Source: Chrysemys picta bellii (taxonomy: Eukaryota). From it: DNA of 64,000 nt. The translations under genes and the position numbers were made by a program. This document shows positions 47,990-62,520 of the stretch, piece by piece. Location: NCBI RefSeq assembly GCF_011386835.1, contig NC_088807.1, positions 1,178,001-1,242,000 of the forward strand. Direction: 5' to 3'. The stretch's first letter is position 1. Each line of letters opens with the position of its first letter. Below the pieces are notes generated by a model. It searched no databases and was not told the DNA's origin. It saw only the letters and a program-made list of their open reading frames with translations.

Positions 47990-48570
47990 GGGGGGCTGTG
48001 GGTCAGGAGTGAGGGGCACCGGCAGAGCTGGGGGGGGGGCAGGGCTGGGCTGTCAGGGGCTGCGGGTCGGGAGTGAGGGGCACCGGCAGGGCTGGGCTAG
48101 CGGGGGCTGCGGGTCAGAAGTGAGGGGCACCGGCAGGGCTGGGCTAGCAGGGGGCTGCGGGTCGGGAGTGAGGGGCACCGGCAGGGCTGGGCTAGCAGGG
48201 GGCTGCGGGTCGGGAGTGAGGGGCACCGGCAGAGCTGGGGGGCCAGGGCTGGGCTAGCAGGGGGCTGTGGGTCGGGAGTGAGGGGCACCGGCAGAGCTGG
48301 GGGGGCAGGGCTGGGCTAGCAGGGGGGGCAGGACTGGGCTAGCAGGGGCTGCAGGTCGGGAGTGAGGGGCACCGGCAGAGCTGGGGGGGGCAGGGCTGGG
48401 CTAGCAGGGGCTGCGGGTTGGGAGTGAGGGGCACCAGTAGAGCTGGGGGGAGCCCAGGGCTGGGCTGGCAGGGGCTGCGGGTCGGGAGTGAGGGGCACCG
48501 GTAGAGCTGGGGGGGGGGGCAAGGCTGGGCTAGCAGGGGCTGCGGGTCGGGACTGAGGGGCACCGGCAAA
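47990..48570. repeat. Minisatellite family 2 array (G-rich orientation)
   Basis: ~10 copies. Confidence 0.9.
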
Positions 48571-50750
48571 GCTGGGCTGGGGGGAGTCCCGGGCTGGGAT
48601 AGCGGGGGTGGGGGAGTACAGATTAGAACCCAGGAGTCCTGACTCCCGCCCCCCGTTCCTAGCCCTGGCTGCAGGCTGCCTGGCTGCCTGGTGCAGGTTG
48701 TGGCCTTTTGGAGCCAGTGTCTGATGCCAACTTGGCCCCAGGCCGATGCCCACCTGCAGGCAGCTGCCGCTCCCCTGTCCGCTGACCTTAACGGCCCCCC
48801 CCGGCTCTTCCCTCCGCCCGGCCTAATCGGGGGTGAAATTCCAGGAAGGGCTGGCGGGAGCCGTCCCGGAAGCCGCCGTGCCAGCACCGGCTCTTCCTGG
48901 CAGGTGGGTCTGGCCTTCACCCCTGCCAAGGGCCCCCGCTGGGCTGGGGCTCGTTAATCCTCCTGCTCCGGCCGGCTCCGCAGCGAATCCCGTTAACTGG
49001 GCAGCGTCCCGTGGAAGAGCCGTGCTCGCCCTCCAGACGGGACGTAGCTCACCCGCTGCCCAGCAGACAGGAGGCCGGACTCCTGGGTTCTCAGGGAGGG
49101 GAGGGGGGGCTAGCGGTAAGTTCAGGGGAGCTGGGAGTCAGGACTCCTGGGTTCTCTCCCCAGCTCTGCGGGGGGAACATGGCTGTTTAGAACAAGGGGC
49201 GGATAATTCCCCCTGGCGGAGGGGCTGAGCTGAGACCCGTCGCATTCATTCCGCATCCCGCCGGCGTCTCTCCCTGGAGTCCCAAGACCCTTTGAGGGCA
49301 GCGTCCCAGCCGTTGCCCTCTCCTCCCGCTGTTGGGAGATGGGTGGAGGGGAAACTGAGGCACCGAGCGGGGCAGGGACTCGCCTGAGGCCGTGCTGCGG
49401 ATCCGTGCCGGAGCCCGTGGCCCCGTCCGGCTCTGGCTCCGTCTCCCCTGAGCTCAAAGCAGCTGCAGTTGAGGCGCTCGCCAGCAGAGGGCGCCCGAGC
49501 AGCAGTTTTCGGGTGTCCCCGTTTGCCTAGTGGGAGTTGCTTGCTAGATACCGAGGGAGCATTGGGGTGACCTGGAGCCCCCCAGCACAGGAATGTGGGC
49601 GTTGGGGGGAGCCCTCTGGGGCAGGAAAATGCTGCCGGAGATGGCTGTACCCATGACTTTGGTAGGCCAATGGACACAGCTGGGAGCCAGGACTCCTGGG
49701 TTCTATCCCAGGCTCTGGGAGGGGTGTGGGGTCTAGTGGTTAGAGCCAGGGAGGATTGGAGCTAGGAGTCCAGACTCCTGGGTTCCATTCCCAGTTTTGT
49801 CACTGGTTCACTCTGTGACCTTAGGAAAGTCGCTGCCCTGCTGCAAGCCTCAGTTTCCCCATGTGACTCTTGTTTGTGATGGGCTAGTGGAGGGTTGTGA
49901 GGACGAGTTTGATAACGTCTGGGGGCGGGTGGGAATCGGACCCATCACTGGCTCCATGGGGAGCGCTACCTGAGCTAACAAAATCCTCATCACCGCAAGC
50001 AGTACAGGGCGTGTGACACACAGCCATGCAGTACCGATTCCATTCTGCTGAGGGCAGCAGAGCTGGGGCTGTGTGGCATAAACACAGCCCATGGGCCTGG
50101 GTTCAAATGGGAAGCAACTTCCCCACCCCAGTGGAGAACCACTAGGCTGCTGCTCCTGCCCTGAGAGAAACTGGCGAGATCTTTGCTCCTGGCTGTGTGT
50201 CATGTGCTCTATAGTGGCCACAGCTAATGGGGATTCTCCTTTCATTTGGGGAGTGGGCTGGGAGTTTGGAGCAGGTGGATTCAAATTCCTCCCCTTTCCC
50301 CCATCTGGCTTTGGGCCTTCCGCAGCTCGAGTCCGGCCAGCACACGATACCAGCGCCGAGCCTGGGTGCTGGGGTCCGCCCCCCCTGTCCTGTCGCAAAA
50401 CCCCTAGCCAGAGCCGATGGGCCTGGCTTGGGGTCCACACTCCAACTGTCGCCCTGTGAGGCCCTGTCTGCTCCCCATGTAGACCCCAGTGCCCGAAGCC
50501 CCCCCACCTTTCTGCAGTGGGGTGGTGGGTGACTGCCGTTTTCTGGTGTTCCTGGCTGGGCGGCACCGTGGGGGGCCCTATGCCTCCGCAGAGCAGGACC
50601 TGGGCGCAGGCTGGTCAGCTCCGAAGAGACGGCAGCTGCTTTGAGTGGGGGGCAAAGCCGCAGCACCGGGGCGGGGGTGGGCTCGGGTCAGGGAGCTGAG
50701 TGAATGCCACAGGCCCCAGGGGAGACAGGTAAATTCTGTTTGTCCCCGTC

Positions 50751-51048
50751 CAGCATCGCCGCCTTCAAAAATCACGAGTCAGGCTCACCAAAAATCACGA
50801 GATTGGCTTTAAAGTCATGAGATTCTGTAAAACTCGGGCGGAGGGGTGTCTTTTTGTTTGCCATCTGCTTCTCGAGGGTGCCCTGGGGTCACATTTTGCA
50901 TCTTTCTGCCCAGCCGCAAAACGTACTTTTCCTTTAAGAACAAAGGCTGAAATCCTCCCGTCTCCCCTTGACTCCGGGAGCTGGGGCTTTAAGGAAAACG
51001 ACCATGACCCTGAGACCTGTGACAAAGTCAGGAGAGTCGGCGACACGG
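50751..51048. mobile_element. Probable old non-autonomous DNA transposon fragment upstream of TGFB1
   Basis: AT-rich island with a duplicated aaaaatcacgag and degenerate inverted ends (cagcatcgcc / ggcgacacgg). Confidence 0.3.
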
Positions 51049-51804
51049 GGCGGGGGCGCTCGCGGTCCCACCGCGCAGTCGCTGCCCAAGCAAAGGGGCT
51101 GGGGGCTGGCTCAGCTCCGCCCTAGAGACAACAGGCCCCCAGAGCGGGGGCGGAGAGTGAAGAAGGGATGGAGAAGAAGGCAGCTGGGGAAGGAGAGAAG
51201 GGAAAAGTGCCAGCCCGGAGACGCGAGCAGAGAAGGGAGCGAAGGAAGGAAGGAAGGAGAGACGGCGGGCGGGAGAGGGGAGAGAAAGTTAAAACCAGGC
51301 GAAGGCAGAGCAGTGGGAGGGAGGGAGCGGGAGGCGGCGGAAGGGGGGAGCGTGGAAGCGGGGGGCGGAGGGCAAGGCGCAGAAAGGGGGAGGGAGGAGG
51401 AGGGGAAGGCGAGGGGAGCTCTGGGCTCCCCCCGCCCGTGCTCATTTCCTGGGTGGAGCTGGGCTAGGCAGAGCAAAACCCTTTAAAACCCTCCAGCCCC
51501 AGCTCGCGGGAGCCAGCAGGTCCCAGCAAGCGCCGAGGAGCCAAGCGGGGAGCGGGTGGAATCCGTCCGGCTGGCCTGGCCCCTGGCCAGCCCTGAGCCC
51601 TCCGGGCCGGAGGCCAGGCTGAGCCCCGGAGCGGCTCCGTCTCGCCCGAGGAGTGGGCCGGCGCGTGGCCCATGGCCCTGGCCGGCGGCCGGCGACGTCG
51701 CTGGGGTTCCCTCCGGCTGCTGCGGGCCGGGATCCCCGGGGGCAGGAGCTAGGCCGACTCGGGCAGGAAGCTGCTTGTCGCCGCAGGGGCCCCCCCCGCC
51801 CGCC

Positions 51805-52162
51805 ATGGGGCAGGCCATGGGGCCGCTCTTCCTCTTCCTGCTGGCCCTGCTGCGGCTCTGGGCGAGCCAGGCCCTGTCCACCTGCAAGACCATCGACATG
51901 GAGCTGGTGAAGAGGAAGCGGATCGAGGCGATCCGCGGGCAGATTCTCAGCAAGTTGCGGCTGGACAGCCCGCCCCAGGTGGAGGGGGGGGACGCCGCCC
52001 TGCTCCGCCTGCCCGAGGAGGTGATGTCGCTCTACAACAGCACCCGCGACATGGTGCGGGACATGGTCCGCCAGCAGGAGGCGGCCAAGCCGCACGAGAG
52101 CCCCCAGGACGAGTACTACGCCAAGGAGGTGCACAAGTTCTCCATGCTGCCGGTGAAAGACG
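51805..52162 (+). CDS. TGFB1: TGFB1 exon 1 (signal peptide and LAP N-terminus); rest of gene absent from the window
   Basis: Kozak gcccgccATGG; ...[30 protein letters not shown]...LYNSTRD...EYYAKEVHK...D|gtgag; lies directly downstream of B9D2. Confidence 0.93.
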
Positions 52163-54284
52163 GTGAGAGACCGCGGCTTCGGGGGGCTAGTGGTCAGAGC
52201 AGCCAGGACTCCTGGGTTCTGTCCCCAGCTCTGGGAGGGGAGTTGGGTCTGGGGGGTGTTGGGAGCCAGGACTCCTAGCTTCTGTCCCCAGCTCTGGGAG
52301 AGGAGTGAGGTCTAGTGGTTAGAGTGGGGGGTTGGGAGCCAGGACTCCTGGGTTCTGTCCCCAGCTCTGGGAGGGGAGTGGGGTCAGGGGGTGGGTGGGC
52401 TGGAAGCCAGGACTCCTGAGTCCTATTTCTGGTTCTGCCACTGATACTCGAGGAGTATCTCGAGGCAAATTCCTGCGTGACTCGAGGCAAATTCCTTGAC
52501 TTCACGGGGCCAAGGTGACGCCTGGTGTAAGTCCATCGGTGCCGAAGGGGTCACAGTGGGGCTGGACTGAGGTGTCTGGGCTTCACCTTCTCTCTCTGCA
52601 TGGTGGGAGAACAGGAAACGCTCCCAGGGCCGGCGAAGCATCCACTGAGGGCCCTGAGATCTGCGCCCGGCACATGCTGGATGTGGGCACTGGGTCCTTA
52701 CCAGGCAGAGTTAGCGGCCCAGGGAAGTGCCAGTCTGGAGCACTGTCTCTAGTAGATAACGATGGGATAACCTTTCCCCAGGGCAAGTCCCTTCCTGACC
52801 CTGCAGGTCAGAGGTCCGCTGATGCCCTGAAGTAGGAGTGTCCACAGCTGTGCTGGGTAGTGCTTAAACCTCAGCATTCCCCATCTGGATCTGCTCGTAC
52901 TCCACAGCAATGTGCCATCCTTGGCCTCACTGGGATCCAGTGACAGTGAGTTCCACAGGCTAATGCCGTGGGGTGGATAAACAATGTCCTTTAACCCATC
53001 CTTTCAGCGTCATAGAATTACTCTTTATTATGTGTGTGATGGGAGCGCTTAGAGCCCCCGACCGAGATCGGGGCCCCGTCGGGCCGGGCGCTGCCCAGAC
53101 CCCGGCCGAGATCGGGGCCCCGTTGGGCCGAGCGCTGCCCAGACCCCGACCGACTCCAGGGGCCTGGTTCTCAATCACACTCAGGTTCCTCTGGGGTGGG
53201 ATCAGCCCCTGAGAGTCCCCTCCACGCAGGGCCTCCCCAGCTGGCGCACAGCTCTGCTCCCAGCCCCAGCATAGGGGTGGATCGGGGGGGTGGCCAGAGC
53301 ACACTGAAGTGGCTATTTCCTGCCCTCCAGGGCCCATGGGGCAGAGCGTGAATTAGAGCAGCCCTGGGGCTGGGCAGGTTCCCACCATGCAGAGTGCAAA
53401 GGGTTAAAGAGACCTTAACCCCTCCCCCTGCAGAGTGGGGGAGCTGAGACCCCGTGGGCCTGTCCTGTCCACAAGTTCCCTCCCCCAAAGCAGGACGAGC
53501 TGGTGGAACTCACTGCCACTAGGTCTCTTTGGCGCCGGGAGCTGAGCCCAGCTGGCCTTTGGGGCAGAGAAGGAGACAGAAACCGAGCGGGGGATCTGGG
53601 CTGGGCTAAAGGCCCTCACGCTCCAGGGCGTGAACTAACCAGTAACGCCCAGGCCCTGGTGGGCAGGTTATCCCGTCTGTGTCTAGTAGGGGAAGTCCCT
53701 TGTGCCTTCCTCGGAAGCGGCCGCGGCAGACGGGATACCGGGGTAGATGGGCCCCTGCTCTGACCCCGTCTGGCTATTGCTACGTCCTGAATTCTTTTAC
53801 TGCCCAAGTCCCGCGGCCCGGACACTCGCATGTTCCCAGCTGCCGCCCTGCTCCAAATCCCATTGCTGCCCCTGGGAGCGGTTTGCCCAGGGGGACGCGT
53901 CTGGTTCTGCCGCTGAAGCTGTGTCCTGGCCCGGAGCGTCTCATCTCCAAGTGGTGAAATGTCCCAGCCCTGCCCTGGGGCCGTGTCTCAGCGCGGAACT
54001 TCCCGCCCGTAATTACAGCCCGGGCCTGCCTCACTCGGCTGCTGGCTGCACGGGATGGGTACGAGCCCTGGGGGCTCAGCCTTGGGAGGGGCGGCTTTCC
54101 ACAGACGCAAAGGGGATCCCCCTCCGACTCCATCATCCGGCCCTGGCAGGCGGGCGGGCGCTTTCTGGCTTTCAGTAGGAGGGAAGCATTTGCCAAGTCG
54201 GAGCTGGATGCCAGCGTCTGTGCTTCCAAGGAAGGGCCTAGGGACATTGTTGATTTGTGATGTGAGCGCCCAGAAGCCTCAACC

Positions 54285-54486
54285 CCAACCAGGGCCCCGT
54301 CGGGCCGGGCGCTGGCCAGACCCCGGCCGAGATCGGGGCCCCGTCGGGCCGGGCGCTGGCCAGACCCCGGCCGAGATCGGGGCCCCGTCGGGCCGGGCGC
54401 TGCCCAGACCCCGGCCGAGATCGGGGCCCCGTCGGGCTGGGCGCTGCCCAGACCCCGGCCGAGATCGGGGCCCCGTCGGGCCGGGC
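54285..54486. repeat. 44-bp SINE-tail-derived tandem array x~4.5
   Basis: cccggccgagatcggggccccgtcgggccgggcgctgcccagac; also at 12620, 13825, 25450 and 53055. Confidence 0.9.
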
Positions 54487-56727
54487 ATGGGGGGCAGAGG
54501 AGGGATCGGCCTGGCCCGTGCACTCTGCAGGGGGCTGGGGGAGCTGCGAGGGGTGAGCTGGGGCGGGGGGCAGAGACGGGATCGGCACAACTTCAGCATC
54601 TCTGGGCGAGGCAGTGGGTCCGGGGCCCAGGACTCCTGGGTTCTGTCTCTGGCTGGGCTGGGAGTCGGCAGAGATTCCTTAGGATGAGGATCCCTGGGGG
54701 GGGGGGGGGAGTGGGGTCTAGGGGTTAGAGCAGGGGGGCTGGGACCCAGGATTCCTGGGTCCTATCCCTGGCTCTGCCACAGATTCGCTGGGGGATCTTG
54801 GGCAGGTCACGTCTCCTGGTCTGTGCCTCAGTTTCCCACCAGTGCCTGTGAAATTGGGGCTTGAATACTTACCCTGAAGCAGCTGGGGATCTCGTGGGGC
54901 ACAGGCCAGGTGTTCTCAGTGGGCGCTGGGGCCCGTGGCCAGCTCTGCCGTGGGAAAGGCAGGGGTCAGACCTCAAATCCGCCCAGCCAGGCCCTGTTGG
55001 GTCTCTCTGGCGCTGAGCGCGGCCTGTCCCTCCGGGGGGAAAGCGAGGATCAGATGGGGAAAGGCGCTCACCTAGCCAGCCACTCAGCGGCAGGGCTGGG
55101 GAGAGAACCCAGGCGTCCTGGCTCCCAGTCTCCCAGCTGTAACTCCTGGGTTCTCTCCCCCGCTCCGGCCTGCTCAGCCCCGCTGTCCGGTCAGGCCCTC
55201 GCCCCGGCTGTGAGTGTCGGTCGTTTCCTCCTTCGCTTGGCCGTGCTCTGCATCCCTTCCTTCTTCCGGCTTCACATTCGTCCTTTCCATTCCTTCCTTC
55301 TGGCCGCCGGTTCCTCTTTCCCCCCCCCCCGCTGCCGGTTCCTCTTTTCCCCCCTCCCCCCCCGCCGGTTCCTCCTTTGGACGGAGTCAAAAGCCCCTTT
55401 GATCCAAAGGGAAAATGGCTTAAAATAGCCTCTTCCTGCTATAAAAATAGCGCTTGGGCCACTGGCCGGGGGAGCCTGGGACGAGACTGGGGGGAGGGGA
55501 AGGTGTTGGGGGTGGGGTTTGCATACGTGGGGGGCAGGAAACATGGCACAAATCCAGGGGGCGTCTAGGGGGGCAGAGCATGGCGGGGATGTAGATGGGG
55601 AGAGGGACAGGCAAAGGGGAGGGGAGGTGGGGCAGAGGGAGGCCTGGAGTGGGCGGGGGGCTGTGTATGGGGGGGGCAGGCACAAGCTTGGGGGAGGGGA
55701 ATATAAGGGGGGCAGGGAGCAGAGCACAGGGCTGGGGGGGATCATGACCAGGTGCTTAAAATAGCCCCCCCCCATGTTACATTCCCTCTGGGATCCCTGC
55801 AAGGCCCTGACCCCATGGAGGGGTGTATGTCCCGCGGCCCTGTTTCTGGCTGGGGGGGGTTTCCCCTCACCACTGTATTTTGATTTCATTGATTGGCTGA
55901 AAACCCGCCATCCGGGCAGAAAGCAAGAAACTGCCCGAGAGCGCCAGCCGGCCGTTCCGGGGTGTCTGGCGCGTCTCATCAGCTGCGGGGGGGTTCGTGC
56001 CACGTAGCGCTGGGGTGATTAGTGCTCTGTGGTAACGAGGTGTCATGTGAGGGGTTATCCCCACCGATCCGCTCCAGAGTTAACACTTCCCACGGGCTGG
56101 TGTGGGGGGCATGGCCAGAATGGGCAATTAACCCCGCCTCCTCCCACGGGACTCAAAGCGGATTGGTCGGGTGGCTCCAGCCCCTCCCAGTGCTGGCCCT
56201 GAGGCCAGATCACTCAGCCGCCTCCAAGCAAAGGGGACGGGGGCCAGAGGAGCGGGAGTCTGGCCTGTGAATAATGCAGCCGGAGCCGCAGGGCTGAGAC
56301 CGGCGCTGGAATGATCTGGGAACCGCAGGCCCCTGAGACCCACTCCCTGCTCCCGGCACAGGGTGCCAGTAACTAGACCCACAGGGCCCGGGGTGGGGCA
56401 CGGGAGCAGTTTATACAGGGACCCTTCACCCGGTGCAGAGATGCGGCCACCTCTGGGGTGGGCCTGGCTCCACTGGACGGGGTGGTCGGGATCGGGCCCC
56501 GGCTTTCAGCCGGCTGGGGATGTGTCGGTTTCAGGCTGACGCGATCCCAGACGGTTCTTGGCGTTTCCTCCCCGGGGGACTTGTCTGACTGGTGCCGAGG
56601 TGCTCAGAGCCGCCGCTGGGGTTTGCCCCTTTCGTTTGTTCCTCCGACCGCTTTGGGCAGCCTGTGAAACCCAGCTTGTGACTAGTTCTCCTCCAGTGCC
56701 CCCATCTAGCCGGGGTACTTAGAGTTA

Positions 56728-57227
56728 NNNNNNNNNNNNNNNNNNNNNNNNNNNNNNNNNNNNNNNNNNNNNNNNNNNNNNNNNNNNNNNNNNNNNNNNN
56801 NNNNNNNNNNNNNNNNNNNNNNNNNNNNNNNNNNNNNNNNNNNNNNNNNNNNNNNNNNNNNNNNNNNNNNNNNNNNNNNNNNNNNNNNNNNNNNNNNNNN
56901 NNNNNNNNNNNNNNNNNNNNNNNNNNNNNNNNNNNNNNNNNNNNNNNNNNNNNNNNNNNNNNNNNNNNNNNNNNNNNNNNNNNNNNNNNNNNNNNNNNNN
57001 NNNNNNNNNNNNNNNNNNNNNNNNNNNNNNNNNNNNNNNNNNNNNNNNNNNNNNNNNNNNNNNNNNNNNNNNNNNNNNNNNNNNNNNNNNNNNNNNNNNN
57101 NNNNNNNNNNNNNNNNNNNNNNNNNNNNNNNNNNNNNNNNNNNNNNNNNNNNNNNNNNNNNNNNNNNNNNNNNNNNNNNNNNNNNNNNNNNNNNNNNNNN
57201 NNNNNNNNNNNNNNNNNNNNNNNNNNN
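56728..57227. other. Assembly gap 2 (500 N, true size unknown)
   Basis: Run of exactly 500 N. Confidence 0.99.
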
Positions 57228-57332
57228 GGGGCTGTGATCGGGGGGGGGGGCTCTCGCCCCCCCGCACGGGCCTCAAAAAAAAAAAAAAAAAAAAAGCTGG
57301 TGTGATGAGAAACAGGCCGTGCACGTGTGTCA

Positions 57333-57338
57333 AATAAA
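57333..57338 (+). terminator. Orphan polyadenylation signal of a gene whose body is hidden in gap 2
   Basis: AATAAA followed by gtgtgtttt; genomic A21 tract at 57275-57295. Confidence 0.5.
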
Positions 57339-57683
57339 GTGTGTTTTAATCACCCTGGTGCCGGCTGCTCGCGGGGTGTGACTGGGAGGGGGGGCTGCCC
57401 CGGAGGGGGCCCCCCAGCTCTGGCTGCTCAACCCTTGGCCCAGGCTGCCAGCAGGGGGCAGGTTTCTGGTGGTTTCCCTGGGTGAGGGGGACTCTGCCCC
57501 CCAGGGAATGGTTGGGTCGTCGCTGGCGGTGGCTCAGACCATGGAGGGGTTTGCAAAGGGTGGGGGGGACAGATTAGTTCCCTGATCACGCCCTCTCTCT
57601 CCCCCCCCCCCCCCCACCGAAAGGGACTCCTGGCTTTTTAACGGAGACATTTAAGGTCAGTGCTGCTGCGATGCGGCGGGATA

Positions 57684-57697
57684 TTCCCACAATGCAT
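57684..57697 (+). promoter_or_regulatory. ZNF143/Staf-like motif upstream of TTC9B
   Basis: TTCCCACAATGCAT ~200 nt before the ATG in a CpG island. Confidence 0.45.
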
Positions 57698-57775
57698 CTG
57701 GGGAAGCTTTCCCGGGGCCGTTGCTGCAGAGCGAGCCAGCGCGTCCTCCTCGCTGCGCCCCCCACCCCCGCCTGA

Positions 57776-59210
<1,435 letters not shown>

Positions 59211-59446
59211 GCTGCAGGTTGGGGGTTCGGGGCTGGTCTTGGCCCGGGGCTGGGCAGCGCCTGGCACAGCAGGTGACCGCACGTGCTGCTGGGTTGGCAG
59301 CTGAACTCTAAAGCCAGACCAGGGGGCAGAGCTGTGGGGCAGGAGAGTGGCGGGGGGGGGGGGGGCAGCCCCGCCCTGCCAGGGATCTCAAAGCGCCGCC
59401 CCGGCCCCTTGAACTCGCTGCCCTCCTGCGTGCAGGGGGGACGTGA

Positions 59447-60432
<986 letters not shown>

Positions 60433-60467
60433 CTCGGTGCGAGTTTCACCCTGTGCCCTCTCCCCAG

Positions 60468-60556
60468 ACACCAACGTGGTGCGCTACATCCAGTTGACGG
60501 AGCTGAAGATGCTCCGCTGTGGGCAGCGGGCCGGCTACAAGGAGCTGATTGCGTAG
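60468..60556 (+). CDS. TTC9B: TTC9B exon 3 (last)
   Basis: cag|AC...TAG; DTNVVRYIQLTELKMLRCGQRAGYKELIA*. Confidence 0.92.
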
Positions 60557-62139
60557 GGCCGGGGGGCTCCCCCCACGCCGGGCCCTGCCCCCCACGAGCC
60601 CCCGGGGCGACGCTCGGGGTCCAGCTCTCTCCTTTCAGGCCGTTTCCTCCCCCTTGCGAGGAGGTGGCTGGGGGGGAGCACTGGGGGGGGGTGAGTCCTA
60701 CACGCACAATGACCCCGGCCCACTTCTAGCCCCCACAGTGATGCGGGGGGGGGGGGGGTTCCTGCCCCAGCTGCTGGAGTGACCCCCCCCAGGCCCACGG
60801 CAGCAGCCTGCGGGCTGCTCTAGCCAGCGCTGGGGGGGGGCAGCTTCTCTCACCCCCCACCCCCAAACTCTGGTGTGGGGATAAATTGTCCCCATAGCAT
60901 CAAGCAAATTGTCCCCTGTGGTTTCCTGGGCGGGGGGGCAGAGCGGCTGTCCCCCCCCACACACACTGCTGGATGCTGCCCCCTCCATGGGGCTTTGGGC
61001 AACCCCCCAATTTCACAGCACGCCCTGGGGCCCTGGACTCGTTTCCCTCCCTGCCCCCCTCCACCCCCCCAGCTCGGGAACCATCTCCATGTCAGGGCTG
61101 CCCCCTGCCCCCAACATGGGCTGGGTGGGATCCCAGGGCCCAGGGGCGGGGGCTACAGAAGAGCCCCCCCTTCCCAGCAGCCCCCCCCAACTGTGACCAA
61201 GGACCAGTGTAGAGCAGCTGGGCCCCTGCTGGGAGCGACATGGGCCCTGCGGGGGGGGGGCACCGATGTGGGGGGAGGCAGTGGGGGTGTGTGTGGACTC
61301 CCTGGCACCTTGCGGGATACTGTGATTTCTTGTTGAAGGTTTATTTATCTCCCCCTCTGACCCCCCAGGTCGATGCTATAAAAACTATGTTGATTTTCTC
61401 TTGTCCCTTTATTTCTGTTCGGGGGGGAGGGGGGCTCCTGCAGCCGAAGGGGCGGGGTGGGGGCAGCCGGGCTGGTGTGGCTGGGGGGCCCCGTGAAGAT
61501 GCCCCTGCCCACCAGCCTGGCAGCATCTCACCGTCGTGGGCCTTGGCCCCAGGTCGCTGGCCTGGGGGTTGCCTGAGTCTGCCGAGAGCCTGCTGCGCCG
61601 GGGTGGGGGGCGGGCATGTGGGTCACACCTCAGGCCCTCGATTCCTTTGCCCTGCCCTGCGCCTGGCTCCACGTGTGGGGTGGGCAGCCCTGGGGAGTCT
61701 AGCCGAGCCGGGGGGCAGCTGGGGGGTGACCCTGTCCCAGGGCTGGGCAGCTCAGCTCCCAATCGTACCCTAGGGAAACGAAAAGGTCCCCATGGGGCTG
61801 GGCACTGCCAGACAGGCCAGATCAGGGGCAGCCGCCCCCAGTGTGTGGGGCAGCCGGGCAGAGCCAGGCGTTGAACCCAGGAGTCCTGGCTCCCCACCCC
61901 ACCCCCCTACCCCATGGCAGCCCCCCAGAAGGGAGGGGTCGGGAGGGGGCGATGCTGCATTTCCCAGCAGGGCCCAGCCTGGGGCGAGGACTGGGGGGGG
62001 GGAACGACACAGGGGAGGCGGGAGCTATTCTGTGTCCAGCCAATCAGCTGCGATGCTGTTGTCACACTATGGTAACCATAGCAACACAGCTGAGATGGAC
62101 TCTAAAACGCCCCCCCCCCCCTTACAAGCTGAGGGGAGA

Positions 62140-62520
62140 GGGAGCCAGGACTCCTGGGTTCTCTCCCCAGCTCGGGGGGCGGGGGGGGGGGGGAGGGCTG
62201 GGAGCCCAGACGCCTGGGTTCTCTCCCTGGCTGTGGGAGGGGAGTGGTCTCTAGTGGTTAGAGCAGGGGGGGCTGGGAGCCAGGACTCCTGGGTTCTCTG
62301 GGAGGGGAGTGGGCTCTAGTGGTTAGAGCAGGGGGGGCTGGGAGCCAGGACGCCTGGGTTCTCTGGGAGGGGAGTGGTCTCTAGTGGTTAGAGCAGGGGG
62401 GGCTGGGAGCCAGGACGCCTGGGTTCTCTGGGAGGGGAGTGGGCTCTAGTGGTTAGAGCAGGGGGGGCTGGGAGCCAGGACTCCTGGGTTCTCTGGGAGG
62501 GGAGTGGGAGCCAGGACTCA
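62140..62520 (+). repeat. SINE-head tandem array x~8
   Basis: Repeated tctagtggttagagcaggggggctgggagccagga(c/cg)cctgggttctctgggagg. Confidence 0.9.

Noticed and set aside
52830-53030. Possible CR1 LINE fragment in TGFB1 intron 1
   Set aside because: Only a short recalled resemblance (gagttccacaggctaat); cannot be supported without a repeat-library search
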